Below the pieces are notes generated by a model. That model was not told the origin of the DNA and made no database searches. It saw only the letters and a program-made list of their open reading frames with translations. DNA of 63,979 nt, the filler included, from Barthelona sp. PAP020 (taxonomy: Eukaryota): the NCBI GenBank assembly GCA_040182905.1. It is 3 parts of 3 records of this genome, joined end to end, with 100 filler letters (N's around TTAATTAATTAA, not from the genome) between each part and the next. Parts side by side here need not be neighbours in the genome. Positions count along the whole stretch, not along the records: positions 24,463 to 48,823 come from JARQWU010000156.1; 2 more parts are not named here. One strand, written 5' to 3'. The position numbers were made by a program, and so were the translations under genes. Shown piece by piece: positions 30,701 to 39,367 of the stretch (positions are counted from its first letter, which is position 1; every line of letters begins with the position of its first letter).

Positions 30701-31927
30701 AACGTCTACTCTCAACATATTATATGTATCATGAGGACCCATTTTTATTGCTGTATGATATCCTTTATGATCGCTCGATGAAATAATCATCACCTCATCA
30801 GATTTCTCAGAAACAGCCGTAACATAGGATGTGAAAGAATAATATGGGCCCTTCATAATTACAACTGTTGAAGGATTGTAGTTTTCAAAATATCCTGTTA
30901 AATGAATAAGCCGATGATGTGAAAAAGCAGGTCGGTTGCTAATATTGTATCTGGGAAGCTCATAAGAGTATATAGCATCTTTAGTCATATAATAAACACT
31001 AAAATCATCGCTAGCTTCCATTATAAGCCTTGTTTCATTGAAAAGACGTTCAGGTAACGACCCGTCATATGTATAGAATGCACTATCAAGGAAGTATTGT
31101 GAGTGAGTAGAATTGGCAACCAACAAAACGATATCTCCAATAGTTCTAATAACAGTGAAGTTTCCCAACGTATTTGTGAAATAAGTCGATTGAGACATCA
31201 AGAAAATTTGATCATCATTCAACAACAGGGCACAGGGTATGTATGAATATGTGGTATCAAAGTACATTGATCCACCACAAAACATTTGTCTATAACCAAA
31301 GCTTTTGGACGATGTGGCAAAACTCCCATACTCAGAATTTGGAGTGTCACAATATCTCAAAGAAATCGAAGAAAATGCTTGAAAAAATATTTCTTGTTCA
31401 AAAATTCGAATCTCAAAGTCGACATCATTATTCAAAAGCAACTGAATCTGTTGCAAATTATATGAATATGCAGCAACCTGAATTTGCTTATCAAATGTTT
31501 GAGAAAATGCTCGTTTAAAATTGTAATCAATCAAGAAAACATTGGGTTTAACATAAGTGTCATTGCTCAAGGTATTTGTCAAATAAGTATCATTGTACCT
31601 AAATATTAAAAATGCATCTTCCAATGCATAAATACTGCAATTAACAGTATGAACCATTGTAATATTGAATTGAGACGCAAGAATTGTTGCGTTCAAACCA
31701 TTAGAAGTCCTTAAAATATTCTCTTGTTGATTGTTGTTGGTATCATTATAATATCCACCATACCATATCCACTCATTTGTAGAAGGTGAAACAGCAAAAC
31801 AACCTCCTTCAATAGAATTGAAATCAGTAAAAGAATGAAGTACTTTTTCATTAGCACTACTAATTCCTATCACGCATAGTAAACAAATTGCTATAAATGA
31901 TTGCAATGCAACAAATATTTGTTTCAT
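24710..31927 (-). CDS. Large surface receptor-like protein: signal peptide, long Tyr/Asn-rich beta ectodomain, IPT/TIG repeats, GCC2/GCC3 Cys repeats, multi-pass TM domain, acidic tail
   Basis: Start MKQIFVAL at 31927. IPT-like SPLSGPQMGGTLVTLTGENF, CPVGTYS/CAIGNYQ repeats, TM region with FAQI..LDLNWP and FGKLYDGYK..YWETFGLLRKLLIV. Confidence 0.75.
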   Translation of the reverse strand: MKQIFVALQSFIAICLLCVIGISSANEKVLHSFTDFNSIEGGCFAVSPSTNEWIWYGGYYNDTNNNQQENILRTSNGLNATILASQFNITMVHTVNCSIYALEDAFLIFRYNDTYLTNTLSNDTYVKPNVFLIDYNFKRAFSQTFDKQIQVAAYSYNLQQIQLLLNNDVDFEIRIFEQEIFFQAFSSISLRYCDTPNSEYGSFATSSKSFGYRQMFCGGSMYFDTTYSYIPCALLLNDDQIFLMSQSTYFTNTLGNFTVIRTIGDIVLLVANSTHSQYFLDSAFYTYDGSLPERLFNETRLIMEASDDFSVYYMTKDAIYSYELPRYNISNRPAFSHHRLIHLTGYFENYNPSTVVIMKGPYYSFTSYVTAVSEKSDEVMIISSSDHKGYHTAIKMGPHDTYNMLRVDVSSSTNTPLSYGIDPSMFKPTFKMCTNIHSNGTFCFLNTSEGNMIYEEKQSGMHLLFVNYNTTELMHNNTVFIGNEDVVCFMGHNSTHVSGFFVDLKTYVNQTFSLEVEPITDGIVPYVSTYGSNYRLTILYNKTYGQRYEFNTTNFDLLNTDNLTVESVRNYTILGNSTVYNHLKNRIEFFGYDLHDALIKMYFDVGTLESTTQVNVFFSGMSFSVRRAAGTVAYAIMSDYGPAFALKISNYNYLLQFTPYDTYYVSQYYNSIMYFGFSFIRRNGFNLPFYRAYTSLTYQVIISADHYALSSNGNTFEYSSSYHANTTKSLYKSRRMPLMEFDIYHQCCNSAYPTLGFPLEKASIAERTEFKILTAPSEYFNTSCTTIRPVYIHNTSFAMSVPGIYTYTVYRESYRYNYSEVVNITTMAEYFDTDDHSNIYRSSDYVYATYHNSTDNSFLMNVKAISNNYYSYYFLAGNSINSTMYRKYPNGTQLLFDFPLIETNTYRVCEYYYQNSYYTNGNNSFVLYFYSDCMSRFNSTGKKLVCYTVDSYKRRVEIPLDNHGTPNSNTYIGNYYFDPAVFSYQSTLTCNIELPNGQILYRRDYVGVNATINFLTRVSPAFINCVTERCDFSVNFTFMNQWQILQNGTLFLQGITSHYDNHYPMIGEEGILNQTYAANTIITKSGSFKNVVAGGYELRYQYGSYNYYLGNVRIANYDVKNMFSLENGVLIGYDVDIYGGLSYSFSNSDAAVDYIDVIVNDENFVISGSQRYLRASELNFKPALSYNVKLVDLASPSVIISEHTFETGLTTPVSYFLSAFSDSNGKLSLNFNSDLSISREWRLSFVCVEEGKVATRFSSNYYTLNDFSSNYAALCGCNSYRVDLIDTKNVLLDSLNFTFNDGACTTTTTSSSGISVTSFEPSKFYSFNAPDYISFTFTGTLLSDMSNCKVRYEFEGLIVHTASCYDITTSTLKAKFMYGTLPSTLFKQLDISISLDGTTFKTISNKITVYGVPSIVSISTSEFTASGGDSAKIIFKGGPIDEAKMISIKIYKDAKTFGQSLGSMESVGEVSFTMPEISDNVTSVNIALSLDGQVYSQPISVTILSNVYVGFSLQSEYIIFSDTTVDVTELNFTIKTSSESDFAFNVSVFSVNSTMIHFIQKDAFTTITGNHTVSLKASDLSVSMTSLIFQIEPIGVTSTVITKNSTVLVLPKPPKFFSASPLSGPQMGGTLVTLTGENFPLDKKPIIKFIGDYKEVYTRTNGTIVNSNNITFTTLAFPIAASLYIEISWQGTTFERTPFKFTFIPCSKGWYSEYYYSQCVECPVGTYSEELGSRSCSKCAIGNYQNVTGSSSCYSCPTGAITSKTGSTWIGDCLCDEGYYGDGLECTECPEGGKCSLGSSTPEAISGYFINLENPTVVLNCYPKEACPGGSAVNITAAVCNTGFIGERCSECPSGFFKKQEKCLQCPESNIFIIVGIFVFFGVIIGGALIIAGDAVEVLNDGQDMVEDIGENLEGLMEFSGEAMNKGVEAIKSLGSNFNIDISSILTFFSFAQITSFFDQLDLNWPDFIKQALYWLKTFNFDINILNPSCVFAYSFIDFTKIQILLPVIIFGILILLNIIFWIFRRFNVKSAMKFMDRSIAAFMTIIVYCYAFVGQSAIDYFDCVSLTDGRKVLKKSPNVVCWSDAHISNMMIPVLSIVFFVIGLPIAYFFTIRHFRDANKLNSPRSKRYFGKLYDGYKDSVCYWETFGLLRKLLIVLAIVFLSSNATDSALISIFFLFAALMGQAIVQPYNSTLDNISETAALLCAVVIVFSGIIMDANSISPLMTNVLSGIVSILLFVNIYICLGGFLLQWFNIPILSRFKEEDDDDENEDDKKSDNNSDQKYLDSDKGEVNGHLEIDISFEQPTATFSVPYPDTSEEIQEEKKIKQIEVTIAETAVNPIEDTQEELQANGIVEDVEIDDRFEFRNQEKDEEEKEVKEDNVVVEAQEICVEDSNQDLTQEPQQ

Positions 31928-32306
31928 TTGGCCAAAAAAAAAAGTTTGATTTTTCCAAAAAATTGGAATTTTCAATGAAATCCCAAAAGAGAAAAAAAAT
32001 TATTTAGTTTACATAATTATATTAATATTATAATTAAACCAATCAATCAATCAAAAATCAAAAAGAAAGAATGGGGAAATGAAAAACAACATTGTTAGTT
32101 TATATTAATTCAAAATTCAGTACTCTTTGGAAGTTTTATCATATTTAACTTCTTTCCTCTTTACCTCATTCCTTTTAGTTTTTTCATCTGATTTATCAAA
32201 TAAATAATATTAAACAATTTTCTTTTATCATACATAATTCCCCATAGAAGAAAAAAATTCACTTACTTTCTTTACACTACTGGGTTATTTGATTGTAATT
32301 GTACAA

Positions 32307-35300
32307 TTATTTCCAAGTTTGAGTCAATGAAGTACCTTTCTTTACAGCTTGATAAGGGTTGGTTCGATTTTTCTTTGGAGTTGAAAAAAATTGTTGAACA
32401 GGTTGAGGACTACTGCTGCCACCAAAAGAATTTGTAGAATCAGGTCTAAATCTTGCTCTTCTATCATTTATCACATCTTCTTGATTATGTCGAGCTTGAT
32501 TAGTCAATCTTGTGATTTCTTCAATTCTTTCTCTCAAATGTGCTTGGGCAGTTCTCAATTCATTTTGAAGTCTATCTCTATCCAATTTCAACTCCCTATG
32601 TGCGACCCTCAATGTATTTATTTCTTGAATCAATGCCTTATTTTGTTTCAATTGTTGTTGATGATGAGCGCTTGTGGATTTCTCAATCATCTCCAATTTT
32701 CGTTTCAAAGAATCGCATTTGTTCTGTAAATGAACTCTTTGTCTTTGTAGTTCAATTATCTTTGATTTCTCTTGACGTTCCTCCAATATGTCTATCTCAC
32801 TGTCAACATCAATGTTGTCTTTGGTTAGATTGGAAGGCAATTGTTCACAATATGATCTATATAACTCACGAACACACTCAGGCCATTGGCTAATCTCTAA
32901 CTGATTGACCATGGTAAATAGATCCTTTTGAAATGATTTGATCAGACCATTACGTGTTTCTAGAACATGTTCCATCTTTTTTAGATTGCTCTTTAGCAAA
33001 TCATTTTTCTTCAATAATGCTGAAATGTTCAATTTCAAATTTGATTGGTTTTGATGATCCTTTTCCATGATATCGTCCATCTGGAAGATTTTAGCCTTCA
33101 TCTCCTTGATCTGTAAGTCTCTGGGCTCAATTTGAGATTTTAGATCACGAATCTTAATACCTAAAACATTTTTAAACTTTTCTAGCTCTTGATTCCTATT
33201 TTTTAACTCAAATATTTGTTTTTCCTTCTCTGCTATTGATTTGTTTCGATCCTCTAACTCGGTCCTTAATAAGCCTAATTTGGTATTCTTATCATTCACA
33301 TCACTCTTCAATTTCAACACAGTATTCTGTTTTTGTGAAATTAAAACATCTTTTGCGTTAGCTGTCTTTTGAAAGGTTTTGAACTGTTGTTTTAAATCAT
33401 CATGTTCTGATTTTAAATGATGGAACGTTTGTTTACTCCGTGCTAATTGCTCATTCAACTCTTTTTGAGAATGATGCAACATTGTTGAATATTCATCCTC
33501 AATTTGCTCTCGATTCAATTCATGCGCTCTTTGTTCATCCTTATTTGACACTTTTAGTTGAGCAATCTTCACGTCCTTTTGATCTAATGCAAGCTTATTT
33601 TCCAATTTGATATTTGACACAGTATCGTTAAATTTGCTGCGAATTCTGTCCAAATTCTCTTGATATGCTATCTCTTGATCTTCTTTAGCGTCTTGTAATT
33701 CCGATAATTTATTATTCAAATCTGTAATTGCCCTTTGATGATTGGCTGTCAAGGTAGCGATATCTTTTTGATGTGTCAAACTCTGTTGTTCAACTTCACG
33801 TTGCAATTCACTTAAATTTCTTTCCATCGTTTTTCGGGTCGTCTCATGAATCTTTACATTCTCATTGATAATAGTTTGAAGTTTACCCTTTTCAGAATCT
33901 AATTTCGACATATGTGATGCTTCCAATTCATGTAAAGCCTGTGAATGTTTCAATTTCTCTTCTTCTAATCGTCTAGTCGACAAATCAATCTGTGCTTCAA
34001 ATTTAGCTACTTCATTTTGATTGAATAGCTTGTAATCCCATGACTTCCCAGATGTAGCTGCAAGATGTGTGACAATATCATTCCTGCCTAACTCTTCAAG
34101 ATGTGATCTAGAACCATACAAATGGTGCAAGAAAATAACTCCATCTGTACCCACAGAGAGAACCAGATTATCATCACTTGAAATCTCCATTGAAGTGATG
34201 GATCCTGCATGACAAAAACGTTCAAAAACGGGAGATAAAACTTCATCCTCTGTTTCTCCTGCAATTGGTGGAAAATGATACAAACGAATAGCTCCTTGAG
34301 ATGTTGAAGCTAAAAAAAGAAAAGATCTGGCATCTTGAGCTGAAATGGTCCCTGATTTCGTCAAAAATGGCATAGCCAAAACGGTAATATCAACGGGACC
34401 AACCGCAACTTCAAAAGTATCAGAAGAAAACAAATCAGAGGCACTAATACGATTTCCTTGTTTGTCAGTAAGGTTGGATTGTAAAACCCTAATTCGATGG
34501 TGAGATCCTGCGGCGATAATCGACATCTTTCTAATTACCTCAGTATCGTAATTGGAGGAGTCTGATAACACAACGCTTTGTAAAGCCATTGCAACAGCAG
34601 AATATCTGCAATGTTTTATTGCATTCTCGCCAACTCGACTAAAGTCTCTCAAATCCCAAACATACAAAGAACCATCCTTGTCAACAGAAGTCAAAAGACT
34701 ATCATTATAAGAAAAAGAGATATCGCGGATTGGGGAAATATGCAGAGAAATCTTAGCAAGCAATTTTGTACTATAAAAGTCATAAAGGAAGATATTAGAT
34801 CCTTCTACTATTGCCAAAACGTCACCACCATTCGAAAATTTCATCGTTGTGATTCCTTTCTGTGGTAATTCAGCGACTACCTCCAAATGATCAGCAACAA
34901 TTGTAAATATACGGGTTCTATCCGAAAATCCTCCAGCAATATAATATCCGGTTGGATGTAACACAACAGAATAGCAATCTTCAAAGAATTGCGCAATAAC
35001 TTCAGTTTTGCGTGTTTGATAGTTGTATAATCTAATCGTTTTATCAGTGGAAACAGTAGCAAATATGGGCCTTCGTGTACATAACGAGCAACTTAATAAT
35101 TCACCAATCGGAAAATTACATAGAACATGTGAAAACAAACGATAGTTGCTGCTTAATGTAGTGGCCTGTGAATCAACATTTTGAGTTTGTGCTTGCCCAA
35201 CTGAAGGTTTCGTTTTTGTCAACTCATCTGAAAATAGCATGGCTGTAGCCATGTCGAACTTTACCAATTGTCCATCACTGGTTTGCAAAATCAAGAAACT

Positions 35301-36359
35301 ATCGTCTACACTAACGCAACCGTGAACAAAACTCATTTTGTTTTTATCCCGCCAAACATTCTGGCGACGGAAAGGAAACCCTTCTGAAGCAAGATAGTTT
35401 GCTGTGTTCCCCAAACCATGGGCCCGTGCCTTTGTAACTTTTAATTGTCGCATTAATCGGGCATCCACGACATAATTTGAAATTATACCGTTTGATCCAG
35501 CAGCAAAAAAACCCTGCTTCGTTCCTACAATACAATTAATCTGTGGTGGAGCAGTCACATCATCAGACATATTCTTCACTTTTTGTGCATAATCAACAGA
35601 TAATTTACCGCGTATCTCGAAACCATCCATAAAGAAAAGGTCTCCATTTGAAGTAGCTAACACAATTGCATCATCTTTGTTAACATACTGGAAGTTGACC
35701 AAAGTAGTATCATCATTGAGAATAGTAGGATCAAAAATGGCTGTGATATTTACAATTGTGAGCTCTCTGAACCCATCCAAATATTTCCACATTCTAATAT
35801 CCTTTGGTCCCATCGCAGTAATGACAGAACTATCTCCAGGATTAAAGCATACGTATGATAATTCGCAATCGACAGTGAATTGATTAGTTGTACGGCCTCT
35901 TGACCAATTAGCAAGCACAATATATGATTTGGTTTGTTCAACATCCGGATCCTCCAATTGTCCCAACGCAATAATCTTTTGGCCATCATCAGAAAACGAT
36001 AAAGATTTAAAATATGACAAATTGAAATCAAACTTGCCAATAGTCTTTATATGCATACATTTTGCAATATTAAATATGCTAATTCTGGCTAATTTGGCTT
36101 CATGCATAACATCAGCAACAGCTAAATAATGTTTATCTGGTGAAATAGCCAAAGCAGTAATTCGATACAAATTTTCCAATCGGGAAGCTTCTGATTTAAA
36201 AAAAGTTTGATCTGTTGTTTGTAAATTTAAATTAATTATATGTTTTCCAGCTGTATATGCAATCGAATTTTCATTTAACAAAACAACTCCAGGTATTATT
36301 GATGGATTCATACCCCAACAATACAGTTGATTTAATCCACATTGTGCATTAAATGTCAT
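32307..36359 (-). CDS. CFAP57: Cilia- and flagella-associated protein CFAP57/WDR65
   Basis: WD40 repeats with CTRRPIFATVSTDKTIRLYNY and LHPTGYYIAGGFSDR, then a long coiled coil containing KNRNQELEKFKNVLGIKIRDLKSQIEPR. Confidence 0.9.
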   Translation of the reverse strand: MTFNAQCGLNQLYCWGMNPSIIPGVVLLNENSIAYTAGKHIINLNLQTTDQTFFKSEASRLENLYRITALAISPDKHYLAVADVMHEAKLARISIFNIAKCMHIKTIGKFDFNLSYFKSLSFSDDGQKIIALGQLEDPDVEQTKSYIVLANWSRGRTTNQFTVDCELSYVCFNPGDSSVITAMGPKDIRMWKYLDGFRELTIVNITAIFDPTILNDDTTLVNFQYVNKDDAIVLATSNGDLFFMDGFEIRGKLSVDYAQKVKNMSDDVTAPPQINCIVGTKQGFFAAGSNGIISNYVVDARLMRQLKVTKARAHGLGNTANYLASEGFPFRRQNVWRDKNKMSFVHGCVSVDDSFLILQTSDGQLVKFDMATAMLFSDELTKTKPSVGQAQTQNVDSQATTLSSNYRLFSHVLCNFPIGELLSCSLCTRRPIFATVSTDKTIRLYNYQTRKTEVIAQFFEDCYSVVLHPTGYYIAGGFSDRTRIFTIVADHLEVVAELPQKGITTMKFSNGGDVLAIVEGSNIFLYDFYSTKLLAKISLHISPIRDISFSYNDSLLTSVDKDGSLYVWDLRDFSRVGENAIKHCRYSAVAMALQSVVLSDSSNYDTEVIRKMSIIAAGSHHRIRVLQSNLTDKQGNRISASDLFSSDTFEVAVGPVDITVLAMPFLTKSGTISAQDARSFLFLASTSQGAIRLYHFPPIAGETEDEVLSPVFERFCHAGSITSMEISSDDNLVLSVGTDGVIFLHHLYGSRSHLEELGRNDIVTHLAATSGKSWDYKLFNQNEVAKFEAQIDLSTRRLEEEKLKHSQALHELEASHMSKLDSEKGKLQTIINENVKIHETTRKTMERNLSELQREVEQQSLTHQKDIATLTANHQRAITDLNNKLSELQDAKEDQEIAYQENLDRIRSKFNDTVSNIKLENKLALDQKDVKIAQLKVSNKDEQRAHELNREQIEDEYSTMLHHSQKELNEQLARSKQTFHHLKSEHDDLKQQFKTFQKTANAKDVLISQKQNTVLKLKSDVNDKNTKLGLLRTELEDRNKSIAEKEKQIFELKNRNQELEKFKNVLGIKIRDLKSQIEPRDLQIKEMKAKIFQMDDIMEKDHQNQSNLKLNISALLKKNDLLKSNLKKMEHVLETRNGLIKSFQKDLFTMVNQLEISQWPECVRELYRSYCEQLPSNLTKDNIDVDSEIDILEERQEKSKIIELQRQRVHLQNKCDSLKRKLEMIEKSTSAHHQQQLKQNKALIQEINTLRVAHRELKLDRDRLQNELRTAQAHLRERIEEITRLTNQARHNQEDVINDRRARFRPDSTNSFGGSSSPQPVQQFFSTPKKNRTNPYQAVKKGTSLTQTWK

Positions 36360-36606
36360 TAAAAGAAATTGTCTTTTGAAATAAAATGTTTTTTGTCTTT
36401 AAAATGGGTTCGTTTTTTTTCCAATTTATTTGGTGCTGTTTTTCTTTTGTGAACAAAATTTTCAAAACATAAATAATAATTTGGAATGAATTATTATATT
36501 GAATGTTGCCAATTAATTCCCGTTAAATTTTCCTCCTTTTTTTTTTGATAAATGGCAAAAAAAAAACCGTACTAATTTATTTAAACTATAAAATGTAATA
36601 AAAAAA

Positions 36607-37695
36607 CTATGGTATTACTTCCATTGAATCATCCATAATATCATATAGGAAAGGTTCTTCAGTAATGACTCCTTGTTCAATCAAACCCTTAATTTCAGGT
36701 AAATATCTTCTACATTCATTAATCAAATGTTTCACTGTACCACAAACATCTTCAAAACCCTTGTCATCCCAAAATTTCATTTGATTTGCATACATGCATC
36801 TACCAGAACAAATAGGCAACTCTTCACAGCTTAGACATGGTTCTTGTAAACAAATACGTTCTTTCAAATCTTTGGGCTCTTGATTCATATCTCCTAGCAT
36901 GTTCCACTCATCATCCCATGAAACAGGACAGCCTAAAATATTGCCTTTGGTTCCTATTGAAAATGAATGATGGCCAACACCACATTGCATTTTGTTGGAA
37001 TAATCTCTGTTAAATAAAAGTGTTGCAATGACTCCAATGAATGGAACAATACCTAAGACAACGCCATTTCTCATGCTATCCATAAAATACTCCAAAAGCT
37101 TGGAAATACCAGGATTATAGATTTCATTCATCCAATCAACAAAAGTGGGCCAAGAATCCTCATATGGACCATCCCATTGAACGTTTAGTTGCCAATGTGC
37201 ATAATCAAATACACCTAAACTAAGAAGATGAGTAACTTCTTCAAAAATATCACTTTCCTTGTGAACAGTCATTCGAGCGATCATTGTTCCCTTGTAACCT
37301 CTAGATATAGCATCACGAACACTGTTGATAACTTTATTGTATACTCCTTTACCACGTTTGGGATCAACAACTTGAGGTCTACCATCAACAGATGCTAAAA
37401 TAGCAGAAAATTTTTTTAAATAATTGGTGCTTAATAAAGGAAGACGAGTAACGTTTGATTGTAAAACAAATCGTGCATCAACTTCATTCATTATTGTTGT
37501 CATTCGATCAATATTCATCAGAGGTTCTCCTCCATAAAAACAAACTGTTCTTTCTTCTTTTGGTAATTGATATAAAAAATCCCTTAATTTCTCCACTGAG
37601 TATTCAGGATCAGCTGGCATATCAAAAGTGGGTTGATTACCACAATATACACACTGTAAATTACATTTAGCAGTGGTAAATACAAAAAACAACAT
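36607..37695 (-). CDS. Radical SAM/SPASM enzyme, AF0577 (TIGR04084)-like
   Basis: CNLQCVYC (Cx3Cx2C), FYGGEPL, IARMTV, HWQLN, CGVG..GCPV, and CLSCEELPICSGRC (CxxCx5Cx3C). Confidence 0.85.
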   Translation of the reverse strand: MLFFVFTTAKCNLQCVYCGNQPTFDMPADPEYSVEKLRDFLYQLPKEERTVCFYGGEPLMNIDRMTTIMNEVDARFVLQSNVTRLPLLSTNYLKKFSAILASVDGRPQVVDPKRGKGVYNKVINSVRDAISRGYKGTMIARMTVHKESDIFEEVTHLLSLGVFDYAHWQLNVQWDGPYEDSWPTFVDWMNEIYNPGISKLLEYFMDSMRNGVVLGIVPFIGVIATLLFNRDYSNKMQCGVGHHSFSIGTKGNILGCPVSWDDEWNMLGDMNQEPKDLKERICLQEPCLSCEELPICSGRCMYANQMKFWDDKGFEDVCGTVKHLINECRRYLPEIKGLIEQGVITEEPFLYDIMDDSMEVIP

Positions 37696-37892
37696 TTGAT
37701 AAATATTGATAAAAAGAACTGAAAAATATCATTAATTTCATAATTTTTATTTATTTTGAAATCAAACATTAAATAAATTTCACAAAAATAATATGATTTA
37801 AAGATCTGGATGAAACAATTTTTAAAAAAAAAAAAATGATAATAATCACTTTTTTATTTGTATTAAGAACCAGTTGTATATTAATTTTAAAC

Positions 37893-39128
37893 ATGAATAT
37901 GAATCAAGAAGACATATCTAATTCTGTTAATGATGGAATTAAAAGTTTTTCTTTTGATAATCCTTTAATGAATAGTGATTCAACTAAAAGAATTCAAAGT
38001 GTAATTCAAGAATCATCATCAAAATCAGAAGATATTGAAGAACCAGAAGAAGAAGAAGAAGAACAAAATGGTGATCATATTTTTTCAGGAACAGAAAACT
38101 TTCATGAAATTGTCGAAAATTCGATGAATCTTGAAAACAAAAGACATAAAGCATGCAAACTATTGAATACAATTTGTGCTGAATTGAATATTGAAGAATC
38201 TGATTTAAAAGAGTTTTTACGTGATTTGAACTATTATAGCATGATTTCAATCGAAAAGGAATGCATAAATGGGTTAATTATTCTTGTTGAAGAGCTATTT
38301 AGGAAAGTTGATGAGTACAAAAGCAAATCTAGACATTATTCAAATCCAAGCACGGTAGCCATTTGTAAATCATTGTATGAAGAAATGTACATTAGATCAA
38401 AGAAGTTAAGAGAATGCTTTTTCAAATTTAAGAAGGTGTTTGACAGAGAATATCTCGACAAAAATATCTCAAATGTTACACAAGAAGTCAACCAAATTTA
38501 TGATGAAACATACAAGTATTTTGAAGGAAATGACAGTACTCCAGGCATGAAACCAGCTTGGAATAGTTCAACAAGAATCGAACGAAACAATTATGATGGG
38601 TATTCCAAACTCAGATACTTTGACAAATACGAAAATAAGCAAAAGAATTGGAAAACAAATCTCAGAAGCAAACCGCTAAACTCTGCTGGATCGTTTGTTC
38701 CATTGAAGAAGTTAGAGCAAAAGTCGATGGACTCACCCAGTAGGCAAAGAAGTAGAAAACCAATATTATCACCCAGACTGCCAAGTAACAATTCTGAAAA
38801 ACTTTCTAATGATTGGCCATCGAGTTTAAGAGGATCACCTCAAAGAAGAACTCCATCAAATAGAAGAGTGAATTTAAAAACTCCTGCTGGAAGTTTAGCA
38901 AGAAAAATGGAAATCAGTAAATTGAAAGAAACCTATGGAAACCAATTTAATGATGTTGAATTCATAGAAAATCAATTACATTCCCCATCAAGAATAAACA
39001 ATAACTCAAATGAATATTCAGTAAGGTCACCAATTATTGTCAAAAATGAAGCTTCCTTTGTTAGCTCAGAAAATGATCTTGAAACTAAAATGGCAATAAT
39101 TCAACAGTATAAACAATATATGCAATAG
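37893..39128 (+). CDS. Hypothetical protein, helical core with Ser/Pro/Arg-rich tail
   Basis: Intact ~410-aa ORF with coding-like composition. No family recognised. Start may be 37836 or 37893. Confidence 0.6.
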   Translation: MNMNQEDISNSVNDGIKSFSFDNPLMNSDSTKRIQSVIQESSSKSEDIEEPEEEEEEQNGDHIFSGTENFHEIVENSMNLENKRHKACKLLNTICAELNIEESDLKEFLRDLNYYSMISIEKECINGLIILVEELFRKVDEYKSKSRHYSNPSTVAICKSLYEEMYIRSKKLRECFFKFKKVFDREYLDKNISNVTQEVNQIYDETYKYFEGNDSTPGMKPAWNSSTRIERNNYDGYSKLRYFDKYENKQKNWKTNLRSKPLNSAGSFVPLKKLEQKSMDSPSRQRSRKPILSPRLPSNNSEKLSNDWPSSLRGSPQRRTPSNRRVNLKTPAGSLARKMEISKLKETYGNQFNDVEFIENQLHSPSRINNNSNEYSVRSPIIVKNEASFVSSENDLETKMAIIQQYKQYMQ

Positions 39129-39367
39129 ATAATAGTATTAGTTTTTCAAAGAGGAAGATGATAAATATATAATAATAATTTATTGTTTTATTATTGAATC
39201 TTTTTTTTGACTTAATTAAAAATTGTTCATTATCACTTAAAAATAAATACATTTTAATATTTATCCTTTGAAATTTTCAATTCAAAATGAAAAGAACCTT
39301 GATCTTTCAGCACTTGTTTCAGTTTTCTTGGCGAGTGAAAAATTTTTTTGTCATCAAATATTAAATA

